Below, piece by piece: positions 1 through 12,900 of a DNA stretch of 64,000 bases (position 1 is the stretch's first letter; the number at the start of each line of letters is the position of its first letter). Both the position numbers and the translations under genes were made by a program. The stretch is from NCBI RefSeq assembly GCF_006345805.1, contig NC_042997.1, positions 207,576,001-207,640,000 on the forward strand, written 5' to 3'. The DNA is from Octopus sinensis (Eukaryota). The notes under the pieces are model-generated. The model did not search any database and was not told the DNA's origin. It saw only the letters and a program-made list of their open reading frames with translations.

Positions 1-1730
1 CTTAACCTGCTTCTTCCATCTGTAGTGCGACAGGCATTGTTCTCCCAGTCAGTCTCTTGTATATTACAGGAGGACTTCACACAGTCCTTAAATCACAGCC
101 TTGGTTTCTGCCAGGGTCTCTTTCCATTCACAAGTTCTCCATATAGCATCTGCTTAGGGATCCTGCTAAACTTCACCTTAATAAAGTATCCAGTCCAATG
201 TAACAGGTGCTTGTGTAACATTGCCTCAATACTCAAGATATCAGCTGTCCTCAGGACCAGTGTGTCTGGTGTTTTTAAGGTCCAGACAACATTCAGAAAG
301 TGTCTGAGAGACTGCTGCAGTAGTGATTTTACACTGCTATAGTGGGCAAGTGCTAGATTTCGCTGCACATCTGGAAGTCCTCTGCGTAACAATACATTGT
401 GGGCATGGCACTTTACCACCAATAGTCACTGAACTTCAGCATCATTTTCATCAAACCAGTTTCTGTTTCTGGCAGTAGCATATCCCAGCATTTCAGCAGC
501 ATATTGAAGAACCTGATCTCGAAAAGCTTCCCATGCTGCAGTATTTTCGATGCTGGACAAGCGAGTCTGAAGCTCTTTCTTGAACACAGCATCATATATC
601 TTGTGGACATTCAGACGCCAAGGAATGCTGAATGGCCCTCTTCTCGCTTTCACTCGATTCATCATCCAGAACTGTGCTCGCACCAGACTGTGGTCTGTCC
701 AGCACTCTGATCTATGAACGGACCTGGCATTACAAATGTCATTGATGTCAGGCTTGTGGATGATGACATAATCCAGCAAGTGCCAAAACTTAGACCTTGG
801 ATGCATCCACATTTTTGTGTGATCACTTTTGTGCTTGCGATGTCCATGTTCATTGCAGAGATCCAGCAACATGAGACCATTGCTATTCATTTTCCCTACT
901 ACAAAATATCCTAGAGAGTTCCAACCCTAGCATTGAAATCTCCCAATAGAATGACTTTATCAGAATTGGGGATTTTCCTAAGTATGGCTCCCAGCTGTGT
1001 ATAAAGAAGTAGCTTCGTCTTCACCATAACTAGTCAAGGTAAGTGCTTAGGCACTTATTAGAGTAGCAAACCACCCACCTTTCAGGTGCAATCTTAGAGT
1101 CATTCGACATTCATTTATAGGAACAGGAAGCTCCTCCAACTTCTTCAGGATATCAGACCAAACTGCAAAGCCAACACCAGCCTCTCTGTGCTTCCCCTTC
1201 CCAAAAAAGGTGTCTCCACTTCCTACTTCCTCAAGCTGACCATCACCTTCTATATGAGTCTCTGAAAGTGCAGCTATATCAATGGTATAACAGTTCAGCT
1301 CATGAAAAACAAGTGCAGTGCATCTTTTTAGGCCTCCAATCACTCTTGTTATCCAACAGAGAGCGCACATTCCAACATGAAATGTTCAAGTTCCATCCAG
1401 ATTTTGTAAATAATAGTTTCTTTGTTTTTCGAGTGCAGGGTGGACATCCATCAGCCATGTTAAACTGACCAGATATAGAAAGACAGACAATTTTTGGTTC
1501 ACCTTTTCTAGAACCTCCTCGGCCTCCAGGTGAGTGGTGCCCTCTCCAAATGGAGCTGCACAGACACCCATGCAGCAAACAAATTCTATCGCTGTCTTGG
1601 GCAAACAAGGAGATGACTTTATATCTAGCATGGTCTGCCTATGTGCAGGTCGCTGACTACATACTCCCAAACTGTAAGGTCTGCATGCTTCACCACTTTC
1701 TCATTGCTGCAGGACTTCCGAGAAAGAAAT
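1..1730 (-). mobile_element. Degenerate RTE/BovB-type LINE with internal deletion of the RT domain
   Basis: Minus ORFs 1047-1370 (IDIAALSET, AGVGFAV) and 426-890 (WHLLDYVI, CWTDHSLV, WFDENDAEVQ) are the APE endonuclease and linker. They run directly into 93-422 (SIEAML...RIPKQMLYGEL..GKR), the RTE C-terminus. Confidence 0.85.
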
Positions 1731-1871
1731 AAAATACAAACATACTAAAAATATATAAATATATATACTAAAATTAAAGATACATATATAATAGAAATGT
1801 GAGTATGTGTATATATATATATGTAATTTAGAGAAAAACCTCTATTAAATTATTATTATCATATATGTATG

Positions 1872-1912
<41 letters not shown>

Positions 1913-3014
1913 CAAAGTGGAGTTGTAAGGTACCACACGAGTGGAATTATATATGAAAGAAGGTTTGAAAATGCAATTTTAAAAGATGTTTATTTACTTC
2001 ATAGGTTTCACTTTTTTAGAAAAAGATTATCAAAAGTAAAATGTAAAAGCTTTGTAGTGTTAGGTACTGGTTGTCACAAAATATTACAATACATATATAC
2101 ATTCTTTGATAATAATAAGAACATGTTAAAAACAGTTTACAAGGAAAAATCTTGGGAAAATATAAAAAAGTTTAACAAGTTCATTAAAATATTGGGCACG
2201 AAAGATTACAATATATATATATACATTCTTAAGAAATGTTAAAAACAGTTTACAGAAAGAATTATTAAAAAGTTCAGAGGAATATTGGTATTGTATCTGT
2301 ATATATATATACACAGAAAATTTTAAGTTCAAAAAGGTCATATTTTGGTAGTATATATATTTACACCGAAGGAGATATATTTAGTTTACAAAGAATTTGG
2401 GATGAACTGACCTGATTCACCATATTATCGTAAAAGACTATTTTCTATTTCAAGAGACAGTGTAGGAAATGTGTTTGGGTGGGGGGAAGGAAGAGCAATG
2501 TGGAATTGTCAAGAAGTTTTTGTTTCTCTTACAAGAATAAGTGATTCGGGTGATTGGTCTTTAGAGGTTAGAATGGTGTGAGTGTGTGTGGGGGAATTAT
2601 AACCGTGTTTCATGGTCTGCTACCCCAACAGCTACTTTATAGGATACAGTTAGCTCAAGACATCATCAGCAGGAACCACGTCCGGTTTCGGCCCCTACTC
2701 CTCTACCGTTTTGACATGTCAGGGCCCCCCCCTTTCGGATTTGTCTTCAGCTCTGGTGTTGGGTGCATGTCTTCTTTCTTCTGTTCCCTGGCCTCTTCAA
2801 TGTAGCATCAACGAGTGTCAGCTGGTGACTGATAGACTTGTCAAATTTTTCCCTTTAAATACCTGCTGCTAGGCTCCAGCAGGCAGCCCCAGCAAGTTGT
2901 CATGTGACACTGTCTCACCTTAACTGTCTAGTGAAGGCGCGTAGTTTCAGGCCGCGCTTTTTCTAAATGACCGTCACCTGTCAGTCATCGAAGCTGATTC
3001 AGTGTCAGCTTGTC

Positions 3015-5090
3015 TCATCTAGTGATGTTATTTCCCACCGGCATGTTATGACTTTCAAGCCATTTTCGGTCTTCCCGCTTCAGCCATATATAGAAGCTGG
3101 CTTTTTCGACTGCCTCCTGTATTCTCCTTATTAGCTTTCTCAATTCCAAGCTAGAAAATGCAAATCTTCTTTTGAATAGCGTTGTCATTTTCCTTTCAAT
3201 GAAGCCCCTAGCCCCCACTGCCAGGTGGTAATACTTGACAGTCCATCCCTGTTCTCTGCATTCTTCGATTAGCTTTTCGTACCTCCTCTCCTTTCATTTC
3301 TCTGCATTGCCGATGTTCTCTTCCCATGACACTGTCAGTTCTAGCAAAATTCCTATTCTCCATTCTCTGTCCCATAGGACTAAATCTGGTCTTTTTGTCG
3401 TTTTTATGAGTGGAAATATTACTAGTCTTCCTAAATCCGTGGCCACCTCCCAGTATCCCTTCCATTTCTCGTCTATCTCGTATACTTTACTTGTAGGCCT
3501 GGTTTTATATCCTTTTCCCTCATTCTGGAAGTATACTTTCCTGCACTTTTCCACTTTTGGGTACTCTCCCCTATTGTATCCCTCAATCTTCTCCTTGAGT
3601 GCTGCACTTATGACGCCGAGGACTTGATTATGACGCCATGTATACTTTTCTAGTGCTAGTCTGCAGTTTGACAGAACATGTCTAAACATCGCTTTCTCTC
3701 CACATCTACACTCATCGGTTGTTTTTACGTTCCACTGGACTACGTTTGCCGGTGAGGGTAGAACGTCGAAGGTAGACTTGATCAGGAAGGATGTTCTTGC
3801 TTGTTCGACCAAGCCCAAAGTTCCTGCAATGAGATTCTGCGACTGATCACATATTCCTCCCATCTCAGGCACTGTCCCTGTTGACTGCATTGCACCAAAT
3901 GTACATTTTGCCTTTCTTCTTCCTCCTTTCTCACTTCGTATACCACTGCCTCTTTCATCTCTTTTACACTGCTCTTGCAAAATGGCCTGAAATTTTGCGA
4001 CCCTAGGCCGGTTCTAGCTTCTTGCGTCGCTCTGACTATATCTGCGTGCCTTAGTTTTCCGATCACCCTGTTTACTGCCTCTTCCGCCTTCCATTTCCTC
4101 CCTGTTTGTACCTTTGGAGGGTTTTCCCGGATGCTCTGATCTTTTGAATAACTTAGCATCATTACTCTCCTTGCCTTTCCTGCCTTATATTCTTCGGCGA
4201 TTGATGTTATTGGTAGTTGCAGCACAGGTTTTCCATATAGTGCAGTTGTATTCAGTCGTTTTGGCAGACCAAACCATTTTCTGATAAACACACTGCATCT
4301 TTGTTCCATCCTTCCTACTCTACTCAAGGCTATTTCGTACATCTGCAATGGCCACATTATTCTTGGGTACAGCCCAAATTGCAGTATCCAAAATTTGAAT
4401 TTCCCAGCAGCGTTGTTCTGTCAATTGCCTTTAGTCCCTGTTCCACTAAATCGTGTGTTTCTTTCCCTTGCTTCTTATCATTTAATAAATCTCTATATCA
4501 TCTGCCGAGACTCTTTACTGGTTGTTCTTTCACCGTTAGTATGTCTTCACTTCCTATCCTGAATTTCACTTCTTTTTGCCTTCCTTTCACAAAAGCCACG
4601 CTTCGAGATATTTTGGCTTTGAATTTCCACCTTGCCCATCCTATCAGTTCGTCCAACCGCTCTAACGTTCCCTCTGCTGCTTCTCTACTTTCCGATAATA
4701 TAGTTACGTTGTCCATAAAGGCCCTTAATGGTTTCTTTGTAACAGCTTTCTCACAGTTTGTAGATCTGAGTAGCATTTCCATGACTAGCACGAATAAGAT
4801 GACTGATATCGTGCATCCGGCTGCAATGCCTATTTCAAGCAGTTGCCACTCCGTTGTGAACTTTCCTGCTGTAAATCTCATCCTCAGGTTGTTGTAGTAC
4901 GACATGAGCATTCGTTGAACACCTTTTGGAATCCAAAAGAAGTCCATCGCTGTTTTTATTATTGCATGCGGAACAGATCCATAAGCATTGGCAAGATCTA
5001 GCCAAATAATATACAGGTTTTTCTTCATTTGTTTTGCACAGGTGAAGGCTTCCCAGATGGCAAATGCGTGTTCTATGCACCCAGGAATTC
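3015..5090 (-). mobile_element. 5'-truncated, frameshifted RLE non-LTR retrotransposon (HERO/NeSL-like): RT, zinc knuckle, restriction-like endonuclease
   Basis: RT motifs WLDLANAYGSVPH, GCTISVILF and AFMDNVT (4498-5028); CRC...HVLSNC knuckle, RHNQVL and KRPDLVLW...LELTV (3294-3980); C-terminal VEKASFYIWLKR (3015-3218). Confidence 0.85.
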
Positions 5091-5092
5091 CT

Positions 5093-5665
5093 GTTTGTAT
5101 GTGTGGGCCGTTTTTGATTGGTCCCAGGGTTTATTGTGGTGTAAGTAGATGTGTCTGTGTGTGTTTAATATTTGGTAGGATGGTGTGTGTATATGTGAGC
5201 ACGTGTGTGTGTGTCTGTGTATGTGTGTGGTTAGTGTTTGTTAGTGTGTTGTGTGTACACTAGTGTGTGTATGTGTTTGTTCGTATGTGTGCATCTGTGG
5301 TTGCATGTGTATTCTTGTGTATTTTGTGTTGGTGGGGATGTTATGCGTGTATGGGAGTGTGTGTGTAATATGAGTGTGTGTGTGTGTATGTGTATGTGAT
5401 CAACAGTGTGTGTTATTGTCTTGGTGTTGTGTGTGTGTATGTATGTGCGTGATTGGTATTTGTCATGGTGCTGTGTGTGCGCATGTGTGTGTATATGTGC
5501 ATCTGTATGGAGGTCAGAATGGTGTGAGTGCGTGTGTCTTTGTGTGTGTGTATATATATATATATATACATGTGTTTGTGTGTGAGGGCCGTTTCTGATT
5601 GGTCCCAGGGTTTATTGTGGTGTAAGTAAAAGTGTCTGTATGTGTTTTATATTTGGTAGGATGGT
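5093..5665. repeat. GT-rich low-complexity tract bounded by ~90-bp direct repeats
   Basis: gggccgttt(t/c)tgattggtcccagggtttattgtggtgtaagta...atatttggtaggatggt occurs at ~5093-5183 and ~5575-5665 around degenerate (GT)n. Confidence 0.75.
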
Positions 5666-6120
5666 CATGCTTGACCTTCAGTCTGATGAATCACAACTGA
5701 CTCAGGATCAAACAATAAATACAACAACAAGCAAAACATTCTTAGCTTCAAATGTTACAATGGAATATTTCAGAAGCAAGAATTTGGTGATGGGAAATGG
5801 TATAATGAAAGGATAAAGCACAACAAGATATAATGAACAGCATTAAAGGTAGCATGAAGAAAGGTACCCAGGACATGCTGTGAAGTGGTTGGCATTAGGA
5901 ATGACATCCAGCCATAGAAACCATGCCAAAGCAGACACTGGGGTTCAATAAACCCTTGTGGCTCATTGGAGCCAGTCAAAATGTTGCACCCATTCCAAAA
6001 TGGAACAAGGGCTGTAAATGAGGATCATTTCTATTTCCTTTGTTTCTTGTAGAATATTGTTTTTTGGTAAATTCCAAGAATATCAACATAAAACAACAAA
6101 CAACAAATACATCAACCAAC

Positions 6121-6348
6121 CTTCAGAATTTCTGTGTCTTGAGGATAAACCACAAAGTAAACATCTTTGATCTGGCTTGAATTTTGAATTGAGTAGTTTT
6201 TCACTGCTTCATACATAATTCCAAGTAATTTTTCAATGGGGTACCTCAATTTTCCGGCTCCTAATATAGGAAATGCCAGGTTTGTTGCTTCTATTCTCTC
6301 AGCCTTTTCCAGACAAGTGGTTATTATATGAGTCAAGTTTGCCAGAAT
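6121..6348 (-). CDS. Exon of PARP14/PARP9/PARP15-like macrodomain gene (macrodomain C-terminal half)
   Basis: ttttttatag acceptor and AAG|gttggt donor; 228 bp, phase 0/0; ILANLTHIITTCLEKAERIEATNLAFPILGAGKLRYP...IKDVYFVVYPQDTEILK. Confidence 0.85.
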
Positions 6349-6927
6349 CTATAAAAAATAAGTGTCTAGTAAATGGTAATAGACATTTTATTAAATTATT
6401 TTCTTATTACAGGATGAAACCATTAAGTTGTAATAAATATATTCTCCCCTCACAACTGTCATTCCTATCACTCTTTAGTCCTGCAAGGGACAAGGCAACC
6501 TCACTCATGTTCCTGCTACAATAAAACAGACCCAATCCACCATGTAAAATGGTTGTTGAATGAAGAGAGACAATGCAGACCCAAGAGGAGTCTTTAGTGT
6601 TGGGGAGGACATGACAACCTCTCTAGTGCTCGTGCCATGACAGAGAAAAACTCACCAATACAGAGAGTAAAACAGAGAAATATGTTTTAATATAGTCTTA
6701 TCTATCAGTCACATAACTGTTGTTAGGCCATGAGGCTTTTTCCCTTCTATTTATATATAAAAGTGTCCTGTTCATCGATATCTTCTGCTTCCTTCCAATG
6801 ATAACTTGGAAGAACAAATATTAAACAGGATGCTGTCATTTGCTTTATGATTCTCACACAACATGCATAAGGTTCTCTTCAAACATTAACTGTTTCAATA
6901 AATCAATATCATATGATTGATACTTAC

Positions 6928-7155
6928 TGAATCAGGGGGATATTCATCCCAGGGAGGTAATGCCAGATGAAATACATTCTTACATTTGAGTTTATATCCT
7001 TTAGTGACGGCTATTTCAGATGTAGAAATACCTCGAGGATATTTCTGGTTACATTCATCTTGCATCTGGGGACCAGCAGCATTGAGAATAGATTTGGAGA
7101 TAGAACCATTGCTAAGCTGGAGCTGTTTATTGGTGCTGTTAACGATGACATCAAC
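6928..7155 (-). CDS. Exon of PARP14-like macrodomain gene (macrodomain N-terminal half)
   Basis: ttttctag acceptor and TCA|gtaagt donor; 228 bp, phase 0/0; VDVIVNSTNKQLQLSNGSISKSILNAAGPQMQDEC...TKGYKLKCKNVFHLALPPW. Not in the supplied ORF track. Confidence 0.88.
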
Positions 7156-7436
7156 CTAGAAAAGTAATTAATGGTAAACAGCTAAGGAACATTCCGTGGA
7201 GAGAAGAGAGATACGTTGTTGCAGTTGATATTGTTGTTAAGAAAGGCTCTACAGAATGGCTGTAGTAAGTTTGAGGTTGTTAAAGTTAGCAAAAGATATA
7301 CTCAAGATATCAGATGTGAAGGAAATAAAATGTTTGAGTTTGATTGAGAAAATGTTTTAATTAACTTTAATGATTCCTCATTTGGAAATGAAATAACAAT
7401 TAAATATAAATAAGTTACATGAATCTATTTACTCAC

Positions 7437-7573
7437 AGATACATTAGAAATTGAATCAATCATTAGGTTTATTTCAATGCCAGCATTTTCTCTGGATGTC
7501 ACATTAGTTCTGGGTGTCATGGAGGATGATTCCTGCTGTAGATCAGGAAGGGATGGGTTTGATGAAGGGGTTG
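7437..7573 (-). CDS. Exon of PARP14-like gene (linker plus first macrodomain strand)
   Basis: ttattttcag acceptor and TCT|gtgagt donor; 137 bp, phase 1/0; TPSSNPSLPDLQQESSSMTPRTNVTSRENAGIEINLMIDSISNVS, in frame with VDVIVNS of the next exon. Confidence 0.78.
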
Positions 7574-7687
7574 CTGAAAATAAACAAATATCAACATACA
7601 TACATACACGGATATAGATTTTAAATCATAAAGTCTGCTCTATTCTTTAGGGTGTGCTTCTCATTCTGTTATATGTTATATTAACAA

Positions 7688-7747
<60 letters not shown>

Positions 7748-7754
7748 TTAGCTG

Positions 7755-8285
7755 GGCATATTAAGCATCAGATGTGGTGTACAAGAGAGACAACTGTACA
7801 CCACATCTGAAGAAGTTCCAATGTCTACCAGTGGGAGGAAGCTGTAGAAGAGGGAGGCCCAGGAAGACATGGAATGAGGTGCTTAAGCATAATCTTCAAA
7901 TGATGGGCCACATGGAAGCAATGACTAGTGACCAAGACCTTTGGCAATATGCCAAAATTGAGAAGATATGTCAAGCCAAGTGAAATCATAGCTGTGGTCT
8001 TTGTCGGTGTCACCTAACTGCCAGCCATGCCAGTGGCACGTAAAAAGTACCATTTGGGATGTTGTGCCTCATAGAGGCCATGTGGTTGATTCAGGTGTCA
8101 TGTAACTAGCACCCATGCTGGTGGTATATAAAAGCACCCATTACATTATTGTTGGGAAAGTTATCCAGCTGTAGGAACCATGCCAAATCAGACTGGAGTC
8201 TGGTGCAGCCCCTCAGCTTGCCAGCCCTGGTCGAACCGTCCAACCCATGCCAGCATGGACAATGGATGCTAAATGATGATGGTGA
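7755..8285 (+). mobile_element. RTE LINE 3' fragment with shared tail
   Basis: GRPRKTWNEVLKH (7774-7983), then the ccaacccatgccagcatgg...(tga)n tail. Confidence 0.8.
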
Positions 8286-8399
8286 TGATATACATACGTA
8301 TATGCATGCCATCATCAGCATTATCCCCCATCTACATTTGATGCCAATGCTGGCCCAAGTGGAACAAAATGATATATAAAGACACATCCATCATAGCAA

Positions 8400-9610
8400 A
8401 AGTCATGCCCCAAAACTGTTATATATATTCCTGTCCATGCTGGGCCCTACACCCACATCTGTCCCCGTGAAGCATCCCCTTCACCACATCTCATCTTCCT
8501 AACACCCATCCCTCCATTACTCTTCTAACTACGGTCCTACTTTGCTGCTGTAACCATTTGACAGCAGAATCTTCACATATTCATCACCACCACCACCACC
8601 CTTTCGTTAATACCAGTCGCCTCACTTGCATCATCATCTCCGTCCATACACCCTTCCATCGATCATCCCTTTCTGTCCCTTCCCTAATCTTTCCCATCCA
8701 TCCCTCTTAGCTACACCTTACTCTGCCAGGCTTCATGGTTAACACTTCTCCTATCTGCAATCATTCTCGACACCCTCTCACAGCCATTGCTAAAACTCCC
8801 TTACCAATTTTCTGGCCCCACTCACTACAGCCACTCCCATGTATCTCTGACTCCCATCTCTTTCACAGTTCATCATCTTTGCTTTCCCTCTGCTGTCAGA
8901 TCCTGGTCATCATCTCCCTTCCTCCTCATCTATCAACAGATTGATGGTTCTGCTGCTCTCCACCCTTCCTATGCTGCTTCTTGTCACCTCCTCCTTACAG
9001 AGCCCCGTCAGTCTATCAACTCCACCTCAAACCATTGTTCCTCACTCTCTACATCCACATCTAGCCCCATCTCTAACCTCTGCCCTTCTCATCTCACACT
9101 CTGATGCCATTACCCTCCCTTGTAACTTGGGACTATGCTCTGGCACCCAATTACCACCATCGTTCTCCCTTCCAGATACTGTCATGCACCCTTGCATAAA
9201 TATAAGGACGCCATGAGCCTCGTCTATATCCAGACAACTGTGCTTGACCCTCTGTCAAACTTTACACTTTCTACCCCAGGCATCAAGCCAACTCCCTCCC
9301 TCCCCACCAGTTCCATTGGGGAGTTTTTATCCTTTTCGATTCTTTGCTTTGTCTTGCAAGTTACTTGGTGACCTCACCAGTGCTGGTGCCATGAGAAAAG
9401 CAGCTTCCAGTCCTCACTGTAAAATGGCTGGCATTATGAAGGGCAGCCAACCATCCACACTCAGCCAGCTAGCCACACTCAGCCAGCCAGCCGCACTCAG
9501 CCAGCCAGCTGAGTGTGGAACCTAACACAGATCTAGAGATCACCAGATCTTGTTAAACTGTGTAACTCATGCCAGATCAAAGACGGACATTAAATAATGA
9601 TGATGATGCT
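8400..9610 (+). mobile_element. ORF-less CT-rich element ending in RTE-type tail
   Basis: C/T-rich body, then tctttgctttgtcttgcaagttacttggtgacc, a 3x ~18-bp ccacactcagccagc repeat and a (tga)n tail; same layout as 39170-40285. Confidence 0.55.
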
Positions 9611-11189
9611 ATAGAAATAAGTGTAAGATGCCATCGACTAGGAAAAAAGGCATTCGTACATTTGTTTGTAGAGTAGGTAATTTACCACCAAAACTATACA
9701 GTTTTATAAATCCATTTCAGCCATTCTTACAAATCAGTTTTGCACAGGATAACATCTAACACTGTGCTCATCAGAGTGGCCAGTATGGAAGTAGGGCAAT
9801 GGGTTTCTGACAGCAAGTGCCACATCTCTAATTGCAAAAGACAATTAGAGAGGAGGATTCCATCATTGGTCATGCCACTTGTCCAAAATCTCTGAGTGAG
9901 GAGTAACTGCCAGCAAAGTGGAATTTGGGTTTTAATTAAGCATCTGGGTGGTGAGAGTTCTTAAATATAAGTTCTCTTTTTGGCAAGGCACAGACTTCAC
10001 CTTCTGCTACCATTGAAGTAAAGATTACTTTCCTTCGGCAATCATAACATGCGTAGCCATGTATGTGGCATTTTTCTCTCATAGACCTTAAAGGAGGTCT
10101 TGGGATTGTTATATATGGTTCTGAGTGGACCTTTTAGTCACGCCCACATATTTCCACATGTTCTTCTATTTGCTGAAGTAACATTCAAATGATACTGAAC
10201 GGAAATAAATACAAGTTTTCACTGTATAATCTGCTCAATATTAATACAAAGACAGTTCATAATTACTGGGAAAATATTTAAACAGAAAAAAAAAATGAAA
10301 ATGTTTTCTCACAAAACTGACTGATACAGGTTTGAGAAGCACTTTAGGTTGTTCTAAGCAGAAAAAGAAAAGTGAGAACAGCTGTCATGGAACTTAGTGA
10401 CAGAGTTCTAAGAAAGTCACAAAAGACTACAGTAATGAGTTAACTTCCCTTTCATAAGACATTGTTTAGGTTTATTGTAAGATGGAGTTTTGGAATAGTT
10501 TGTTCATCACTAAACAAACTCCAAAGCTCATCTCTTCCATTAGAAAATATAACATTTAACATAGTCTTGTAATAAGAATTACAACCTATTAGAATCAATA
10601 TTAAGTTTATATTTTTTGGTTAGATTTTACAAGGCTTGGTTCAATTCTAAATCTAATATTTTATTCAATTTACATACTTTAATCCTTTTACGAAAGGTCT
10701 CCAGCTTTTATTAATGAATCGTCTGTCTTATTGTACAATGTTATGTTACATGTTCATTGTGTGTAAATGAATAACAGTGGTGAACTTCGAAATAAACATT
10801 GAGTGTTTGTTCCTTCATAAAGTTTGCACAGTAGTTCAGACACAATGAAATATTAATAAATTCTGTCAGGTTATTGTTTCTCCATCATCCTGTTATCAAG
10901 CTTAGGCTATCATTGGTAATAGGATTCTGTTGTATGTCGATTTTTCTCAGGAAAAGCTGGATCCTGCAATTCACTTTCGTGACAGTTCTCACTCTAACTC
11001 AAAAAATAATTGTCAAACTAATTTATGGAGAGAAAAGAGGCTTCAGAACACATGCAGAATTTGGCACTTAAAATATGTTACATGGAAGGTGATTGGACTT
11101 TCAATCCAATTCCCACACAACACTAAACTAGTCATAACACATGGCTCAATAACTGGCCCCAACTCATATGATAGATATTTTAGCCAATC

Positions 11190-11960
11190 ACAACCAATTT
11201 AACAATGGCAGTGGTTGCTCTGAAAGCATAGCCATGAGAATAAGAGAAGTATGGGCAAAGTTGAAAGAGTGTGTACTTCTGTTGGTAATAAAGGTCTTCT
11301 CCCTCAGAGTGAAAGGCAGACTGTATGATGCATGTGTCTGAACAACCATGGTACATGGCAGTGAAATATAGGCTGTGACAGCCAAGGACATGTGTAGGCC
11401 TGAAAGAAATTAAGCTAGGATGCTTTGCTGGATGTGCAATGTCAGTGTGAATGTACCACAGAGTGTAAATGTCTTGAGAGAACAATTGGGCATAAGAGGC
11501 ATCAGATGTGGTGTTCAAGGGAGACAACTGCACTAGTATGGCCATGTGATGTGTATGGATAAGAATAGTTGTGCAAAGAAGTGTTGATTTCTATGGAGGG
11601 ATCCTGTAGAAGAGGTAGAGTCTCACAGAAGTGATAACAAGTGACCAAGCACTCAGGTGATATGCTGTGTGGGAGAAGACATGTCAGGCCAAGTGAAATC
11701 ATAGTTGTGGCCACGCCAGTGTCGTATAAATGGCACCTCTGCATTGCTGGTGCCATGTAAATGGCACCCATGAAGTGTAGTCATGGCCATCATAGGTGAT
11801 GCCAGTATCATGTAAGTGACACCTGGGCTGGAGTGGTTGGCATTAGGAAGGGCATCCAGATGTAGAAACCATGCCAAAACAGACAATTGGAACCTGGTGT
11901 AGCTCTCTGGCTTGCCAGCTCCTGTCAAATGATCCAACCCATGCTAGTGTGGAAAGCAGA
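11190..11960 (+). mobile_element. Degenerate RTE 3' fragment with tail
   Basis: ctccctcagagtgaaaggcagactgtatgatgcatgtgt (LSLRVKGRLYDAC) homologous to 17819-18280; ends (atg)n. Confidence 0.8.
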
Positions 11961-12269
11961 TGCAAAATGATGATGATGATACATGCACATAAAATAGATG
12001 TCAAAAGGGTCATTTGCAAGATGAAAAAAATGATTCTTAATCATCCTGATGGACAAGGTAAGGCAGTAAACACAGCCAAAAATTCCACCTGAGAAAAACA
12101 AAACAGGACTTCCATCTTAGACCATAGTGGAAACAGTAAATGTGGCTACATCAAGGAACATTATGCAAGGAAAATTAATACTGGATATTGGCAGAAAATA
12201 ATGCAAGATATTCCAAATCCATGTTAGAGGTTTTCTTTTTCTTCTCTCTCTCCTTCTTTTCTATCTCTG

Positions 12270-12900
12270 GGGTTGGTTGTTCTGAGACTATAGTGGCTAG
12301 AATAAGAATAGCCTGGGCAAAGTTCAGGGAGCTCCTACCTCTGCTGGCAACTAAGGGCCTCTCGCTCAGAGTGAAAGGTAGACTGTATTATGCATGTGTG
12401 TGAACTGCCATGCTCCATGGCAATGAAACATGGCCCATGACTGCTGAGAACATGTGTAGGCTTGAAAGAAATGAAGCCAGCATGATATGCTGGATATGTA
12501 ATGTCAGTGTGCATACTCGACAGAGTGTAACTGCCCTAAGAGAAAAGTTGGACCTAAGAAGTATCAGATGTGGTGAGCAAGAGAGACGACTGCACTGGTA
12601 TGGCCATGTGCTACATATGGATGAGGACAGCTGTGTGAGGAAGTGCCACTCCCTAACTGTGTATGGAACCTGTGGAAGAAGTAGACTTGGGAAGATATGG
12701 GATGAGGTTGTGAAGCAGGACCTTCAAACATTGGGCCTCACAGAGGCAATGACAAGAGACCAAGACCTTTGGAGATATGCTGTGATTGAGAAGACCCAGC
12801 AACTAAAGTGAGATTGCAACCATGGCCAATGCCAGTGTTGCATGCTCAGCCCATTTAAGAGAATCTCTGATGTATTGGCTGATATGATATGCATAAGAAG
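12270..12900 (+). mobile_element. RTE 3' fragment
   Basis: ORFs 12188-12403 and 12410-12811 (IAWAKFRELLPLL, MLHGNETW, RRLHWYGHV). Confidence 0.85.

Noticed and set aside
2645-2750. CTGATGA and GAAAC motifs on the minus strand downstream of the HERO-like ORF
   Set aside because: The order and flanking stems could not be folded into a hammerhead.
5675-5720. CTGATGA followed by weak ATC/GAT stem; likewise CTGAAGA AGCC ttga GGCT at 27704
   Set aside because: The GAAA and cleavage site are missing; too decayed to call.
10446-10585. Minus-strand acceptor followed by a 45-codon open frame
   Set aside because: It ends in a stop without a convincing donor, and no motif was recognised.
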